NCBI GenBank assembly: GCA_964366955.1
Contig: CAYIVT010000001.1
Location: 1-31,651 of the forward strand
Direction: 5' to 3'
Length of the DNA stretch: 31,651 nucleotides
Origin: an uncultured Candidatus Saccharibacteria bacterium
GTDB lineage: Bacteria > Patescibacteriota > Minisyncoccia > UBA6257 > JAUSGH01
Below the pieces are notes generated by a model. The model saw only the letters and a list, made by a program, of their open reading frames with translations, was not told where the DNA came from and made no database searches. Positions 7,248 through 15,721 of this stretch are shown in pieces. The first letter of the stretch is position 1, and each line of letters begins with the position of its first letter. A program made the position numbers and the translations under genes.

Positions 7248-8504
7248 ATGAAACTTACAAAATCTTTTTTAAAAACTAAGAATGGTTTTTTAATCGCTTT
7301 TGCTGTAATTTCTATAAGTTCTTTGGCGTGTGTTGGTTTTTTAAGTTTTCAATTAGGCAAAAATTACCCACAGAATATTATAGTTAAGGGAGTTTCTAAT
7401 ATTGAAGCACTGGCTACTACAACAACTGATTTCAGCACTTTTTGGGAAGGTTGGCAGCTAATGAAAAATGAATATTTAAAAGGTGAGGAAATTAAAGACA
7501 AAAACTTAGTTTATGGCGCAATTGAGGGTATGGTACGGTCTGCTGGTGATCCACACACAATATTTTTCCCGCCAATAGAAGCTAAAAAATTTGAACAAGA
7601 TGTAGCTGGTAATTTTGGTGGCATTGGAGCAGAAATTGGCATTAAAGACGACCAGCTAATCGTAATAGCTCCTCTTAAGGGTTCACCAGCAGAACTAGCT
7701 GGATTACGTGCTCAAGATAAAATTCTTAAAATAAACAATAAAATAACTGAGCGCATTAAAGTTGATGATGCGGTTAATCTGATTAGAGGGGAAATTGGCA
7801 CAAAAGTAACTTTGACAATCTTAAGAAGCGGCTTAGATGTAATTAAAGAAATTACCATTACTCGACAAACAATTCAAATACCGACAATAGATTATAAAAT
7901 GCTTGAAAATAGTGTTGGATATATTAGAATTAAAAATTTTAATGAAAATGCGCCAAAGCTTTTTTTTGAAGCTTCAAAAGATTTATTAGCTTCCGGTGTA
8001 GCTGGAATGTTTTTAGATTTTGGTGATGACGCCGGCGGATCTTTAGAAGTGGCAGTTGACTTAACTGGATGGTTCTTAGAACAGGGAAGCACGGTAGCCA
8101 TAGAAGAATTTAGATCTGCTCCTCAAGAAATATTTAAAGCACACGGAAATGGAATTTTTAAACCAGTGCCAGTAGTGGTTTTAGTTAATGGTGGAACAGC
8201 TTCTGCTGCAGAAATTATGGCTGGTGCCCTACGTGATAATTTGGGATCTAAACTAGTAGGGGAAAAAACTTTCGGCAAAGGAACAGTACAAGAATTAAAA
8301 CATTTACGTGATGGTTCAAGCATCAAACTAACAATTGCTCATTGGCTAACACCAAAAGGCACGCTCATTGATCAAAATGGATTAAAGCCAGACTTTGAAG
8401 CTAAGCTCGGAGAAGAAGATATTAAAAACAACAAAGATCCTCAACTAGATAAAGCCATAGAAGTGATCAAATCTTTAATTGCCAAAAATGTAGCAATTAA
8501 TTAA
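7248..8504 (+). CDS. ctpA: Carboxyl-terminal processing protease, S41A family, with PDZ domain
   Basis: GDPHT, FGGIGAEI PDZ region, TASAAEI (Ser), GEKTFGKGTVQ (Lys). The usual LDLRxNPGG motif reads LDFGDDAGG. Confidence 0.92.
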   Translation: MKLTKSFLKTKNGFLIAFAVISISSLACVGFLSFQLGKNYPQNIIVKGVSNIEALATTTTDFSTFWEGWQLMKNEYLKGEEIKDKNLVYGAIEGMVRSAGDPHTIFFPPIEAKKFEQDVAGNFGGIGAEIGIKDDQLIVIAPLKGSPAELAGLRAQDKILKINNKITERIKVDDAVNLIRGEIGTKVTLTILRSGLDVIKEITITRQTIQIPTIDYKMLENSVGYIRIKNFNENAPKLFFEASKDLLASGVAGMFLDFGDDAGGSLEVAVDLTGWFLEQGSTVAIEEFRSAPQEIFKAHGNGIFKPVPVVVLVNGGTASAAEIMAGALRDNLGSKLVGEKTFGKGTVQELKHLRDGSSIKLTIAHWLTPKGTLIDQNGLKPDFEAKLGEEDIKNNKDPQLDKAIEVIKSLIAKNVAIN

Positions 8505-8573
8505 AGGAGTTTGTTTTATTCACATTATTTATTCTTAAATTCCTGCCAGCAGACAGGAACGATTACTCTATGT

Positions 8574-9002
8574 ATGAGAGTTTTATTTTTAGAAAACGTA
8601 AAAAAAGTGGGTCGCAAATCCGAAACTAAAGAAGTAAACGACGGCTATGCGCGCAATTTTTTGATTCCCAAAAAGTTAGCTATTGCCGCTACAAATGAGG
8701 TACTAGCTAAACAAACAGACGAAGACGCACACAGTAAAGCTCAATTGGAACATCTTAAAAAAACGAAAATAGATCTAGAAAAAGAAGTTTTTATTTTTAA
8801 AGTTAAAACCGGTAAAGATGGCTCTGTTTTTAATTCTATTAACGGAAAAGATATCGAAAAAGAACTATTCGCGCGAAATAAAATTAAGGTCAAAAAAGTT
8901 TTTTTAGATCGACCACTTAAAGCCCCAGGAGAACACAAAATTAATATTGATTTAGGTCAGAAAATAACTACAAAACTTACAATTAATATAGTAAGCGCAT
9001 AA
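8574..9002 (+). CDS. rplI: 50S ribosomal protein L9
   Basis: [13 protein letters not shown]...[17 protein letters not shown] and GSVFNSIN. Start ATG 8574 rather than TTG 8511. Confidence 0.95.
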   Translation: MRVLFLENVKKVGRKSETKEVNDGYARNFLIPKKLAIAATNEVLAKQTDEDAHSKAQLEHLKKTKIDLEKEVFIFKVKTGKDGSVFNSINGKDIEKELFARNKIKVKKVFLDRPLKAPGEHKINIDLGQKITTKLTINIVSA

Positions 9003-9005
9003 AAT

Positions 9006-9033
9006 AAAAAATCCCTCATTCAAGGGATTTTTT
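9006..9033. terminator. Bidirectional intrinsic terminator between rplI and rpmA
   Basis: AAAAAATCCCT-CATTCA-AGGGATTTTTT. Confidence 0.85.
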
Positions 9034-9310
9034 ATAATGGATTCACTTTGACGATTTTAGCGTATCTAGTATTTCCATCAAATTTTATTTTTTTAGTGGA
9101 AATAAATTCTACTATGCCGCCAACTTTAGCGTATAAGGTATCATCTGCTCCTTTAGAAACTCCTGCACCGTGCAAAAACTTTGAACCCCTTTGGCGAATT
9201 ATAATTTCGCCTGGTTTAACAGCTTGTCCATGATTCTTTTTAATGCCAAGACGCTTAGATATCGAATCTCGGCCTAATTTAGTTGAGCCTACCGATTTAG
9301 TAGATGCCAT
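9032..9310 (-). CDS. rpmA: 50S ribosomal protein L27
   Basis: [43 protein letters not shown]. Confidence 0.97.
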   Translation of the reverse strand: MASTKSVGSTKLGRDSISKRLGIKKNHGQAVKPGEIIIRQRGSKFLHGAGVSKGADDTLYAKVGGIVEFISTKKIKFDGNTRYAKIVKVNPL

Positions 9311-9387
9311 ATTACAAAATATAACCCTTTAAAGTATACTTCTGTCACCCTTTACTACTGTATCAAGTATATTCTATAATGCGCCTT

Positions 9388-9549
9388 ATGTCAATGTTAA
9401 AAAATATTATAACTTGGGCCAAAGAGTATAAACATATCCTTATAATTCTTACTTTAATTTTCTTAACAAATACGATTAGTTTCGCCTTAGGTTATTTAAT
9501 GGTCAATGATCGTAACCGTTCACCGATTATTATTGAGAAAGCTAAATAA
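9388..9549 (+). CDS. 53-aa single-pass membrane protein, below the ORF-track cutoff
   Basis: Manual translation MSMLKNIITWAKEYKHILIILTLIFLTNTISFALGYLMVNDRNRSPIIIEKAK*; fills the rpmA-ndh gap; TATAAT (9375-9380) lies 7 nt before the ATG. Confidence 0.7.
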   Translation: MSMLKNIITWAKEYKHILIILTLIFLTNTISFALGYLMVNDRNRSPIIIEKAK

Positions 9550-9556
9550 GCACAGC

Positions 9557-10840
9557 TTATCCCAATCGATCATTTTTAATAAATATTTTTAATCCTTTCA
9601 GCCATAATCTTATAGCGCAAAAAAATGGACGGATTGAGAGCAAGTAATTCAATTCTACTAAACCCTTAAACAGCCAGCCTAAAAATCCACTAACAACAAA
9701 AGGCCCAATTTTAGCGATGGCGTATTTACCCCCAATTGGCGTAACATAGGGATAATCATATGGCTCATAAATAAAACTTTTCTTATTTTTAATAATTTTT
9801 TCTTTTAATTTAATGTCTTCAAAAATATTTTTAGCAACAACCCCACCCTGAATAATTGCAGATCGCGCAGTCATTGGCACTGGCAAGTTAGTTTGTGGAT
9901 TATAAAAACACACAGCATCGCCTAATCCATAAATATTGCCATAAAGTTTTAAATCAGGTGTTTGCGGTAAACACTCCATCTCTTCGGCTACTAAAACTTT
10001 ACTTCTGTCTTTTTTAAGTGGTAAAACACTTATAAGCGCCGACGCTTTAACTCCACCAGTCCAAACAAAAATGTCATAGGAAATTTCTTTTTTAGAATCT
10101 AGCAAAACTTTTTTTTCTTGAACTTCGATAACTCTTGCATTTGTTAATACGCATACTTTTAATTTCTTCAATCTTTCAACGGCTTTTTTTATGACTCTTT
10201 TATCTAACCCAGGCAAAATAGTATCTCCGCCTTGTATCATAGTAACAGCAGTAGAACACTCTTGCTTAATTTCTTGCTTTAAACTGAAAAGCCATTCTTG
10301 AATTTCTCCAGCTAATTCCACGCTAGTGGGACCACCACCACCAATCGCTATTTTAAAATCTTGTTTACTCGCTGATTTTTCTAAATATAATTCTAGAATA
10401 CGATCTCGTAATTTAATAGCATCTAAAAAAGTCTTAAAAGTCATGGCATACTTTTCTAAGCCAGAAATATCATAAAAATTTGGCTCAGAGCCCATTGCTA
10501 AAACTAAATAATCAAATTTCAATTTTTGATTTTGACAATGCACATCACCGTTAAAAAGATCTAACTCAAGCACTTTATCCTGAATAAAAATAATTGGCAA
10601 TTTAGCTATCAAATCTTTCACTGGATAAGCCATTATTTCTTTTAAGTCTAAATAATTAGCTGTTTCCTTAGAAGTGGTGGCAGCTTCATAAAGAGTTGGC
10701 GTGTAAGTTTGATATGAATTTTTATCAACTAAAAATAACCGATAATGATTTTGAAGATTATACTGCTTTAAATTTTTACCCAAATTGAGCGCCACACTCA
10801 AACCTCCAAAACCAGCCCCAATAATTACAATGTTCTTCAT
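9557..10840 (-). CDS. ndh: Type II NADH dehydrogenase-like FAD/NAD oxidoreductase
   Basis: IIGAGFGG and second Rossmann GGGPTSVELAGE, YGLGDA. Start ATG 10840 (MKNIVII) preferred. Confidence 0.88.
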   Translation of the reverse strand: MKNIVIIGAGFGGLSVALNLGKNLKQYNLQNHYRLFLVDKNSYQTYTPTLYEAATTSKETANYLDLKEIMAYPVKDLIAKLPIIFIQDKVLELDLFNGDVHCQNQKLKFDYLVLAMGSEPNFYDISGLEKYAMTFKTFLDAIKLRDRILELYLEKSASKQDFKIAIGGGGPTSVELAGEIQEWLFSLKQEIKQECSTAVTMIQGGDTILPGLDKRVIKKAVERLKKLKVCVLTNARVIEVQEKKVLLDSKKEISYDIFVWTGGVKASALISVLPLKKDRSKVLVAEEMECLPQTPDLKLYGNIYGLGDAVCFYNPQTNLPVPMTARSAIIQGGVVAKNIFEDIKLKEKIIKNKKSFIYEPYDYPYVTPIGGKYAIAKIGPFVVSGFLGWLFKGLVELNYLLSIRPFFCAIRLWLKGLKIFIKNDRLG

Positions 10841-10887
10841 TATATTTAATTCTATCATGAGGTAGCTAGTTGTGGTATATTTAAAAA

Positions 10888-11979
10888 ATGAAATTTTTAA
10901 GTTCCATAAAAAAGAAAAGTCTAGAGAAAGAAACTGTTTTGCTGCGAGTTGATTTTAACGTTGAAAAATTTGAAAATTCTTTACGCTTTGAAACTGCAAT
11001 ACCAACCATTGAATGGCTTTTAGCTCACAACGCTAAAATAGTTTTATTAAGCCACAGGGGTCGTCCAAATGGCATAGAAAAAAATCTATCCCTAGCAAGC
11101 CTTATTCCTTTTTTAAGTAAACGCCTAAGTCGTCAAATAAACTTTATTGATAATTTTAATTTTGAAGATGCGAAAGCGTTTATTAAAGCAACTGAAAGTG
11201 GAGCTTTATTCATGCTAGAAAACCTCCGTTTTAATGCAGAGGAAGAGGCTAATGATTATCAATTTGCTAAAAAATTAACTTCTTTGGGTACCATGTTTGT
11301 AAACGACGCCATTGCTGTTTCTCATCGTAAAAATGCCTCCATTGTTGCCATAACTAAATATTTGCCATCCTATGCTGGACTACTTTTTGAAAAAGAATTT
11401 AAAGCTTTAAATAATTTAATTAAAAAACCGGCTCGTCCGCTAGTCCTTATTATCGGTGGCGCTAAAACATCTGATAAAACCCCGATCATAAAAAAATTTA
11501 TAAAAAAAGCGGACTTGTTTTTGCTAGGTGGGGGGGTTGGAAACACAGCCTTGCTATCAATAGGCATTGATATTAAAAACTCAATTAGTGACCCTACGCA
11601 AATCAATTTTTTACGCAAAATTATTAAAACAAAAAAAATAGCCCCAATTTTAGATTGGGCTATGGAAGATGATCGCATTCTAGATATTGGCGCAAAAACC
11701 ATTGAAAGCTACAAGGAATACATTATGCAAGCCGCAACTATTATATGGAATGGGCCTTTAGGGTTATTTGAAAATCCTAAGTTTGCTAACGCTTCCATAG
11801 AAATCGCTAAGGCAATTTCTGAAAGTAAAGCATTTTCAATTGTTGGCGGGGGAGAAACAACTCAACTTATTATGTCACTCGGACTTCAAAATAAAATTTC
11901 TTTTCTTTCCACTGCTGGAGGTGCTATGCTAGAATTCTTAGCGGGGAAAAAATTGCCAGGAATCACTGCTTTAAGATAG
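10888..11979 (+). CDS. pgk: Phosphoglycerate kinase (compact, 363 aa)
   Basis: LRVDFNV, SHRGRP, LENLRF, NDA...SHR, IGGAK, WNGPLG, GGGET, STAGGAMLEFL. Confidence 0.96.
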   Translation: MKFLSSIKKKSLEKETVLLRVDFNVEKFENSLRFETAIPTIEWLLAHNAKIVLLSHRGRPNGIEKNLSLASLIPFLSKRLSRQINFIDNFNFEDAKAFIKATESGALFMLENLRFNAEEEANDYQFAKKLTSLGTMFVNDAIAVSHRKNASIVAITKYLPSYAGLLFEKEFKALNNLIKKPARPLVLIIGGAKTSDKTPIIKKFIKKADLFLLGGGVGNTALLSIGIDIKNSISDPTQINFLRKIIKTKKIAPILDWAMEDDRILDIGAKTIESYKEYIMQAATIIWNGPLGLFENPKFANASIEIAKAISESKAFSIVGGGETTQLIMSLGLQNKISFLSTAGGAMLEFLAGKKLPGITALR

Positions 11980-12056
11980 GATAAATAAAAGTAGAAACTA
12001 TACCCAGTTCTTTAAAAACTACTTTAAGGATATAAATTATGTTATTATACTCGTTA

Positions 12057-12905
12057 ATGAACATTGCAGATAAAAATATCGTAATACTATATCATGGTGA
12101 TTGCTCAGATGGTTTTAGTGGCGCTTGGGCCGCATGGAAAAAATTCGGTGATCAAGCTGCTTATATTGGCGTGCAATACAAAAATCCCATGCCAGAAGGA
12201 TTAATTAATAAAGAAATTTATTTAATTGATTTCACATATGGGCTAGAGCAAATGGAAAAACTGATCGCAGAAAATAAAAAAGTAACATGCATAGACCATC
12301 ACATAACAGCAGAACCAATCATAAAACTCACTCAAAATTATTCATTTGACAATAATCATTCTGGCTGCGTGTTAGCTTGGAAATATTTCCATCCCCAAAA
12401 ATTAGTGCCTAAATTCTTACTTTTTGTAGAAGATAACGATATTGGTAAATGGTCTATTAAAGGAACAGAAGAAGTTCTAGCTTATATTCGCACTGAAGAA
12501 CAAAATTTTAAAAATTGGAGCAGGTTAGTTAAAAAAATAGAAAAAATATCGTCTCGTAAAAAAATTCTAGAAATTGGCGCAGCTATTAAAAAATTTGAAG
12601 GGCGTATTGTGTCTGGTTTAATAGAGCGTAAAGCAGAGCTAGTGGAATTTGAAGGCATTCAAACTCTATGCGTAAATTCTCCAAGCTTTCCAACTAATAT
12701 TGGAAGGGCTATAGTTAAAAAAATGCCCCCAATGGCAATTATCTGGAACAAAGAACCGGGCGGAATTTATGTATCATTGCGCTCTAATGGAACAACGGAT
12801 GTTGCTAAAATTGCACAAAAATATGGTGGAGGTGGGCATAAGGCAGCTGCAGGATTTTTTATTAAAAACGATGAAAAAATTCCATGGAAGAACAAAACTT
12901 TTTAG
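12057..12905 (+). CDS. DHH/DHHA1 phosphoesterase (nanoRNase-like)
   Basis: YHGDCSDG, LIDF, IDHH and C-terminal GGGGHKAAAGF. Start 12057 or 12039. Confidence 0.9.
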   Translation: MNIADKNIVILYHGDCSDGFSGAWAAWKKFGDQAAYIGVQYKNPMPEGLINKEIYLIDFTYGLEQMEKLIAENKKVTCIDHHITAEPIIKLTQNYSFDNNHSGCVLAWKYFHPQKLVPKFLLFVEDNDIGKWSIKGTEEVLAYIRTEEQNFKNWSRLVKKIEKISSRKKILEIGAAIKKFEGRIVSGLIERKAELVEFEGIQTLCVNSPSFPTNIGRAIVKKMPPMAIIWNKEPGGIYVSLRSNGTTDVAKIAQKYGGGGHKAAAGFFIKNDEKIPWKNKTF

Positions 12906-13312
12906 ATAATAAAAAAATATTAGTCTATACCGATGGAGGTGCGCGCGGCAATCCAGGGCCCGCTGCTTGCGGTTATGCAATTAACGGCAAAGGCTACGGA
13001 GAATTTTTAGGTATTAAAACAAATAATCAAGCAGAATATCAAGGATTAATTTCTGCACTAAAAAAAGTTAAATCTTTAGTTGGAAAAGATCAATCTAAAA
13101 AAATAGAAGTTGAGGTGCGGATGGACTCAGAGCTCATCGTTCGTCAAATGAATAATCAATATAAAATTAGCGATGAAAAAATGCAAATTATGTATGTTGA
13201 AGTGCACAATTTAACTTTAGATTTTAAAAAAGTTAACTTTATTCATGTGCCCCGTGAGCAAAATAAACTTGCCGATACAATGGTTAACGATGCGCTCGAT
13301 CAAAACTTGTAA
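12884..13312 (+). CDS. rnhA: Ribonuclease HI family protein
   Basis: YTDGGARGNPGPAA, TNNQAEY, DSELIVRQM, HVPREQNKLAD. Confidence 0.95.
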   Translation: MEEQNFLDNKKILVYTDGGARGNPGPAACGYAINGKGYGEFLGIKTNNQAEYQGLISALKKVKSLVGKDQSKKIEVEVRMDSELIVRQMNNQYKISDEKMQIMYVEVHNLTLDFKKVNFIHVPREQNKLADTMVNDALDQNL

Positions 13313-13340
13313 AGCCCCCGATTATTATCAGGGGCTTTTT
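13311..13340. terminator. Bidirectional terminator between rnhA and the convergent orphan ORF
   Basis: AAAGCCCC...GGGGCTTTTT; overlaps both stop codons. Confidence 0.8.
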
Positions 13341-13567
13341 GTTTTGTACTTTTTAAAAACTTCTTTTGCGCATTTCAGCATTGCCTTATAAAGCACTCTT
13401 TCATAGTCGCAATAGCTATCAATCCTTTTTAATTTGCCATTACGATAAGCAAAATGTCCTATGTCAGTTGGCTTATCACCTGATTTGCCACCAATTTGAA
13501 CAGATTCTATGCGATTATTGGTATTTAAAATAACACGGTAAAACCAAACAGAAACTAGCTCATCCAT
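13328..13567 (-). CDS. 79-aa hypothetical protein divergent from rnpB
   Basis: GGAGGT at 13575-13580, 7 nt before ATG 13567; TTGACA-17-TACTAT promoter; terminator at its 3' end. Confidence 0.75.
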   Translation of the reverse strand: MDELVSVWFYRVILNTNNRIESVQIGGKSGDKPTDIGHFAYRNGKLKRIDSYCDYERVLYKAMLKCAKEVFKKYKTKSP

Positions 13568-13594
13568 AATGCGCACCTCCAAAAGACTACCTAC

Positions 13595-13645
13595 ATAGTA
13601 CACACTCATCAAACTATTGTCAATAACACTTTACTGTGTTATACT
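13595..13645. promoter_or_regulatory. Back-to-back promoters with overlapping -35 boxes
   Basis: Minus: TTGACA(13623-13618)-17-TACTAT(13600-13595). Plus: TTGTCA(13617-13622)-17-TATACT(13640-13645), ending 7 nt before rnpB. Confidence 0.8.
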
Positions 13646-13652
13646 ATTAAGC

Positions 13653-14015
13653 AGCAGTGAAAATATAGTTGCGCTCCGATAAACATCGGAGTGAGGAAAG
13701 TCCGGACACTCAGTGCATCTCACTAAAATGAGATGCGCACTGGTAGCAGGTAACCCCTGCCATATGTAAGTTAGAGGTGCGAACAGAAACGCTTTGACTT
13801 GAAAGAGCCAAAGAAGCCCAATCTCAAGCTAGTTGGCTTAGCTTAACTATAGAGATAAAAAGGTTAAGATGAAACGGCTAAATCCTTACCTGAGTGCAAG
13901 GTCGTGTCTCGTTTTACGAGAAGAACCGCTCGAGCCCATAAGCGATTATGGGCCTAGATAAATAACTATAATGTCCCTTTGGGATATAACAGAATCCGGC
14001 TTATTCTTCGCTGCT
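13653..14015 (+). ncRNA. rnpB: RNase P RNA
   Basis: Universal GAGGAAAGTCC and ACAGAATCCGGCTTA (P4); P1 AGCAGTGAA/TTCGCTGCT; P2 ATAGTT/AACTAT; P18-like CCCATAAGCGATTATGGG. Confidence 0.96.
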
Positions 14016-14020
14016 AATAT

Positions 14021-14042
14021 AAAATCCCCGCAAGGGGATTTT
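14021..14042 (+). terminator. Terminator of rnpB
   Basis: AAAATCCCC-GCAA-GGGGATTTT. Confidence 0.85.
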
Positions 14043-14069
14043 ATATTTTTAGAATGATATAATAATTTA

Positions 14070-15701
14070 ATGACGTTACTTAAAGAGAAATTATGTAAAA
14101 TTATTGTTGGAGAAGTTCTAGATGATGAAAAAACAAGATTAGAATATAGCCATGATGCTAGTCTTTTTGAAGTAAAACCAAAAATTATAGTAGCACCAAA
14201 AAACATAGACGATTTTAAAAATCTAATAAAATTTACAAATAAAAATAAAGGCTTATCAATAACAATACGTTCTGGTGGAACAGACATGACTGGCGGGGAT
14301 TTAACTGAATCTATTGTTGTAGATGTTTCTAAATATTTTAATCATATACTTGAAGTTAAAAAAGATAGCGCAACTGTTGAACCCGGAGTTTTTTATCGAG
14401 ATTTCGAAAAAGAAACTTTAAAGCACGGCGCCTTATTGCCAAGCTATCCAGCCTCAAAAGATATTTGTACTCTTGGCGGCATGGTAGCTAATAACTCCGG
14501 TGGTGAAAAAACTTTGTTTTACGGAAAAACAGAAGATTATGTTACGAGCTTAAATGTGATTTTACGCGACGGAAAAGAATACGCGATTAAACCTTTAAAC
14601 AAAAAGGAGCTAGATAAAAAATTAAAATTGAAAGGAGTAGAAGGACAAATATATAAAGAAGTTTATAAACTAATTGAAGAGCATAAAGATTTAATTGCTG
14701 CAGCTAAACCAAAAGTTTCTAAAAATTCAGCAGGATATTATTTGTGGAATATTTGGAACGGAGAAACTTTCGACTTAACAAAACTTTTTGTAGGCTCTCA
14801 AGGGACTTTAGGAATTATTTCTAAAATATCGCTTAAATTAGTTCAGCCTAAGGCTCATTCACGTTTACTCGTTATTTTTATGCGCGATCTTAGCCAGTTA
14901 GCGGCAATAGTTGGAGAAATTTTAAAATATAAACCAGAAAGTTTTGAATCCTTCGATGACCACACATTAAAATTGGCTGCTCGCTATTCCGTTGATTTAA
15001 TTAAGCTAATCAAGCCAAAAAATATTTTTTTATGGCTACTGCAATTTTTACCAGAAGCAATAATGATTGCAAAAGGGGGATTGCCAAAACTTGTTTTAAT
15101 TGCAGAATTCACTGGTGATAGCGAAAAGGAAGTTATAGAACAAACGAACAAAGCCATGTGTAGCCTTAAAAATTTTAAAATACAATCACGCATAACCAAA
15201 AACAAGGAAGAAGCAGAAAAATATTGGGCCATTAGACGAGAAAGTTTTAATTTACTACGCCACCACATAACCAATAAACGCACAGCTCCTTTTATAGACG
15301 ACATGATAGTACGACACGATCAATTGCCGCAATTTTTACCAGAATTAAATAAGATATTAAACCAATATAATTTAACTTACACAATCGCTGGTCATGTAGG
15401 CGATGCTAATTTTCATATTATTCCACTTATGGATTTACGCGATCCAAAAACTAGAATTATTATTCCAAAATTAACCGACAAAGTTTACAAATTAGTTTTT
15501 AAATATAAAGGCTCCATAACAGGGGAACATAACGATGGTTTAATTCGCAGCCCATATTTAAAAGATATGTATGGTGAAGAAATTTATAAATTATTTGAAA
15601 AAGTAAAAAATATTTTTGATCCAAATAATATTTTTAATCCCGGTAAAAAAGTAGATTCTAGCTTAGACTACGCCATGGATCATTTGCGAAAAAATAATTA
15701 A
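14070..15701 (+). CDS. FAD-binding oxidoreductase (GlcD / D-2-hydroxyacid dehydrogenase family)
   Basis: RSGGTDMTG, TLGGMVANNSGG, GSQGTLGII, GHVGDANFH, GEHNDG, FDPNNIFNPGKK. Confidence 0.9.
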   Translation: MTLLKEKLCKIIVGEVLDDEKTRLEYSHDASLFEVKPKIIVAPKNIDDFKNLIKFTNKNKGLSITIRSGGTDMTGGDLTESIVVDVSKYFNHILEVKKDSATVEPGVFYRDFEKETLKHGALLPSYPASKDICTLGGMVANNSGGEKTLFYGKTEDYVTSLNVILRDGKEYAIKPLNKKELDKKLKLKGVEGQIYKEVYKLIEEHKDLIAAAKPKVSKNSAGYYLWNIWNGETFDLTKLFVGSQGTLGIISKISLKLVQPKAHSRLLVIFMRDLSQLAAIVGEILKYKPESFESFDDHTLKLAARYSVDLIKLIKPKNIFLWLLQFLPEAIMIAKGGLPKLVLIAEFTGDSEKEVIEQTNKAMCSLKNFKIQSRITKNKEEAEKYWAIRRESFNLLRHHITNKRTAPFIDDMIVRHDQLPQFLPELNKILNQYNLTYTIAGHVGDANFHIIPLMDLRDPKTRIIIPKLTDKVYKLVFKYKGSITGEHNDGLIRSPYLKDMYGEEIYKLFEKVKNIFDPNNIFNPGKKVDSSLDYAMDHLRKNN

Positions 15702-15721
15702 GTGGTATAATATAGCCACAT

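Noticed and set aside
7960-8060. DGR variable region in ctpA
   Set aside because: Inferred changes include C-to-G; no template repeat or reverse transcriptase in the window.
8504-8513. AAGGAG just before TTG 8511 as an SD-led rplI start
   Set aside because: Only 1 nt spacing, and the extension is not L9-like; ATG 8574 fits the family.
8540-8559. Small hairpin TTCCTG-CCAGCAGA-CAGGAA upstream of rplI
   Set aside because: Only a 6-bp stem, single copy here, no U tract; could be a degenerate short repeat or leader but not supportable.
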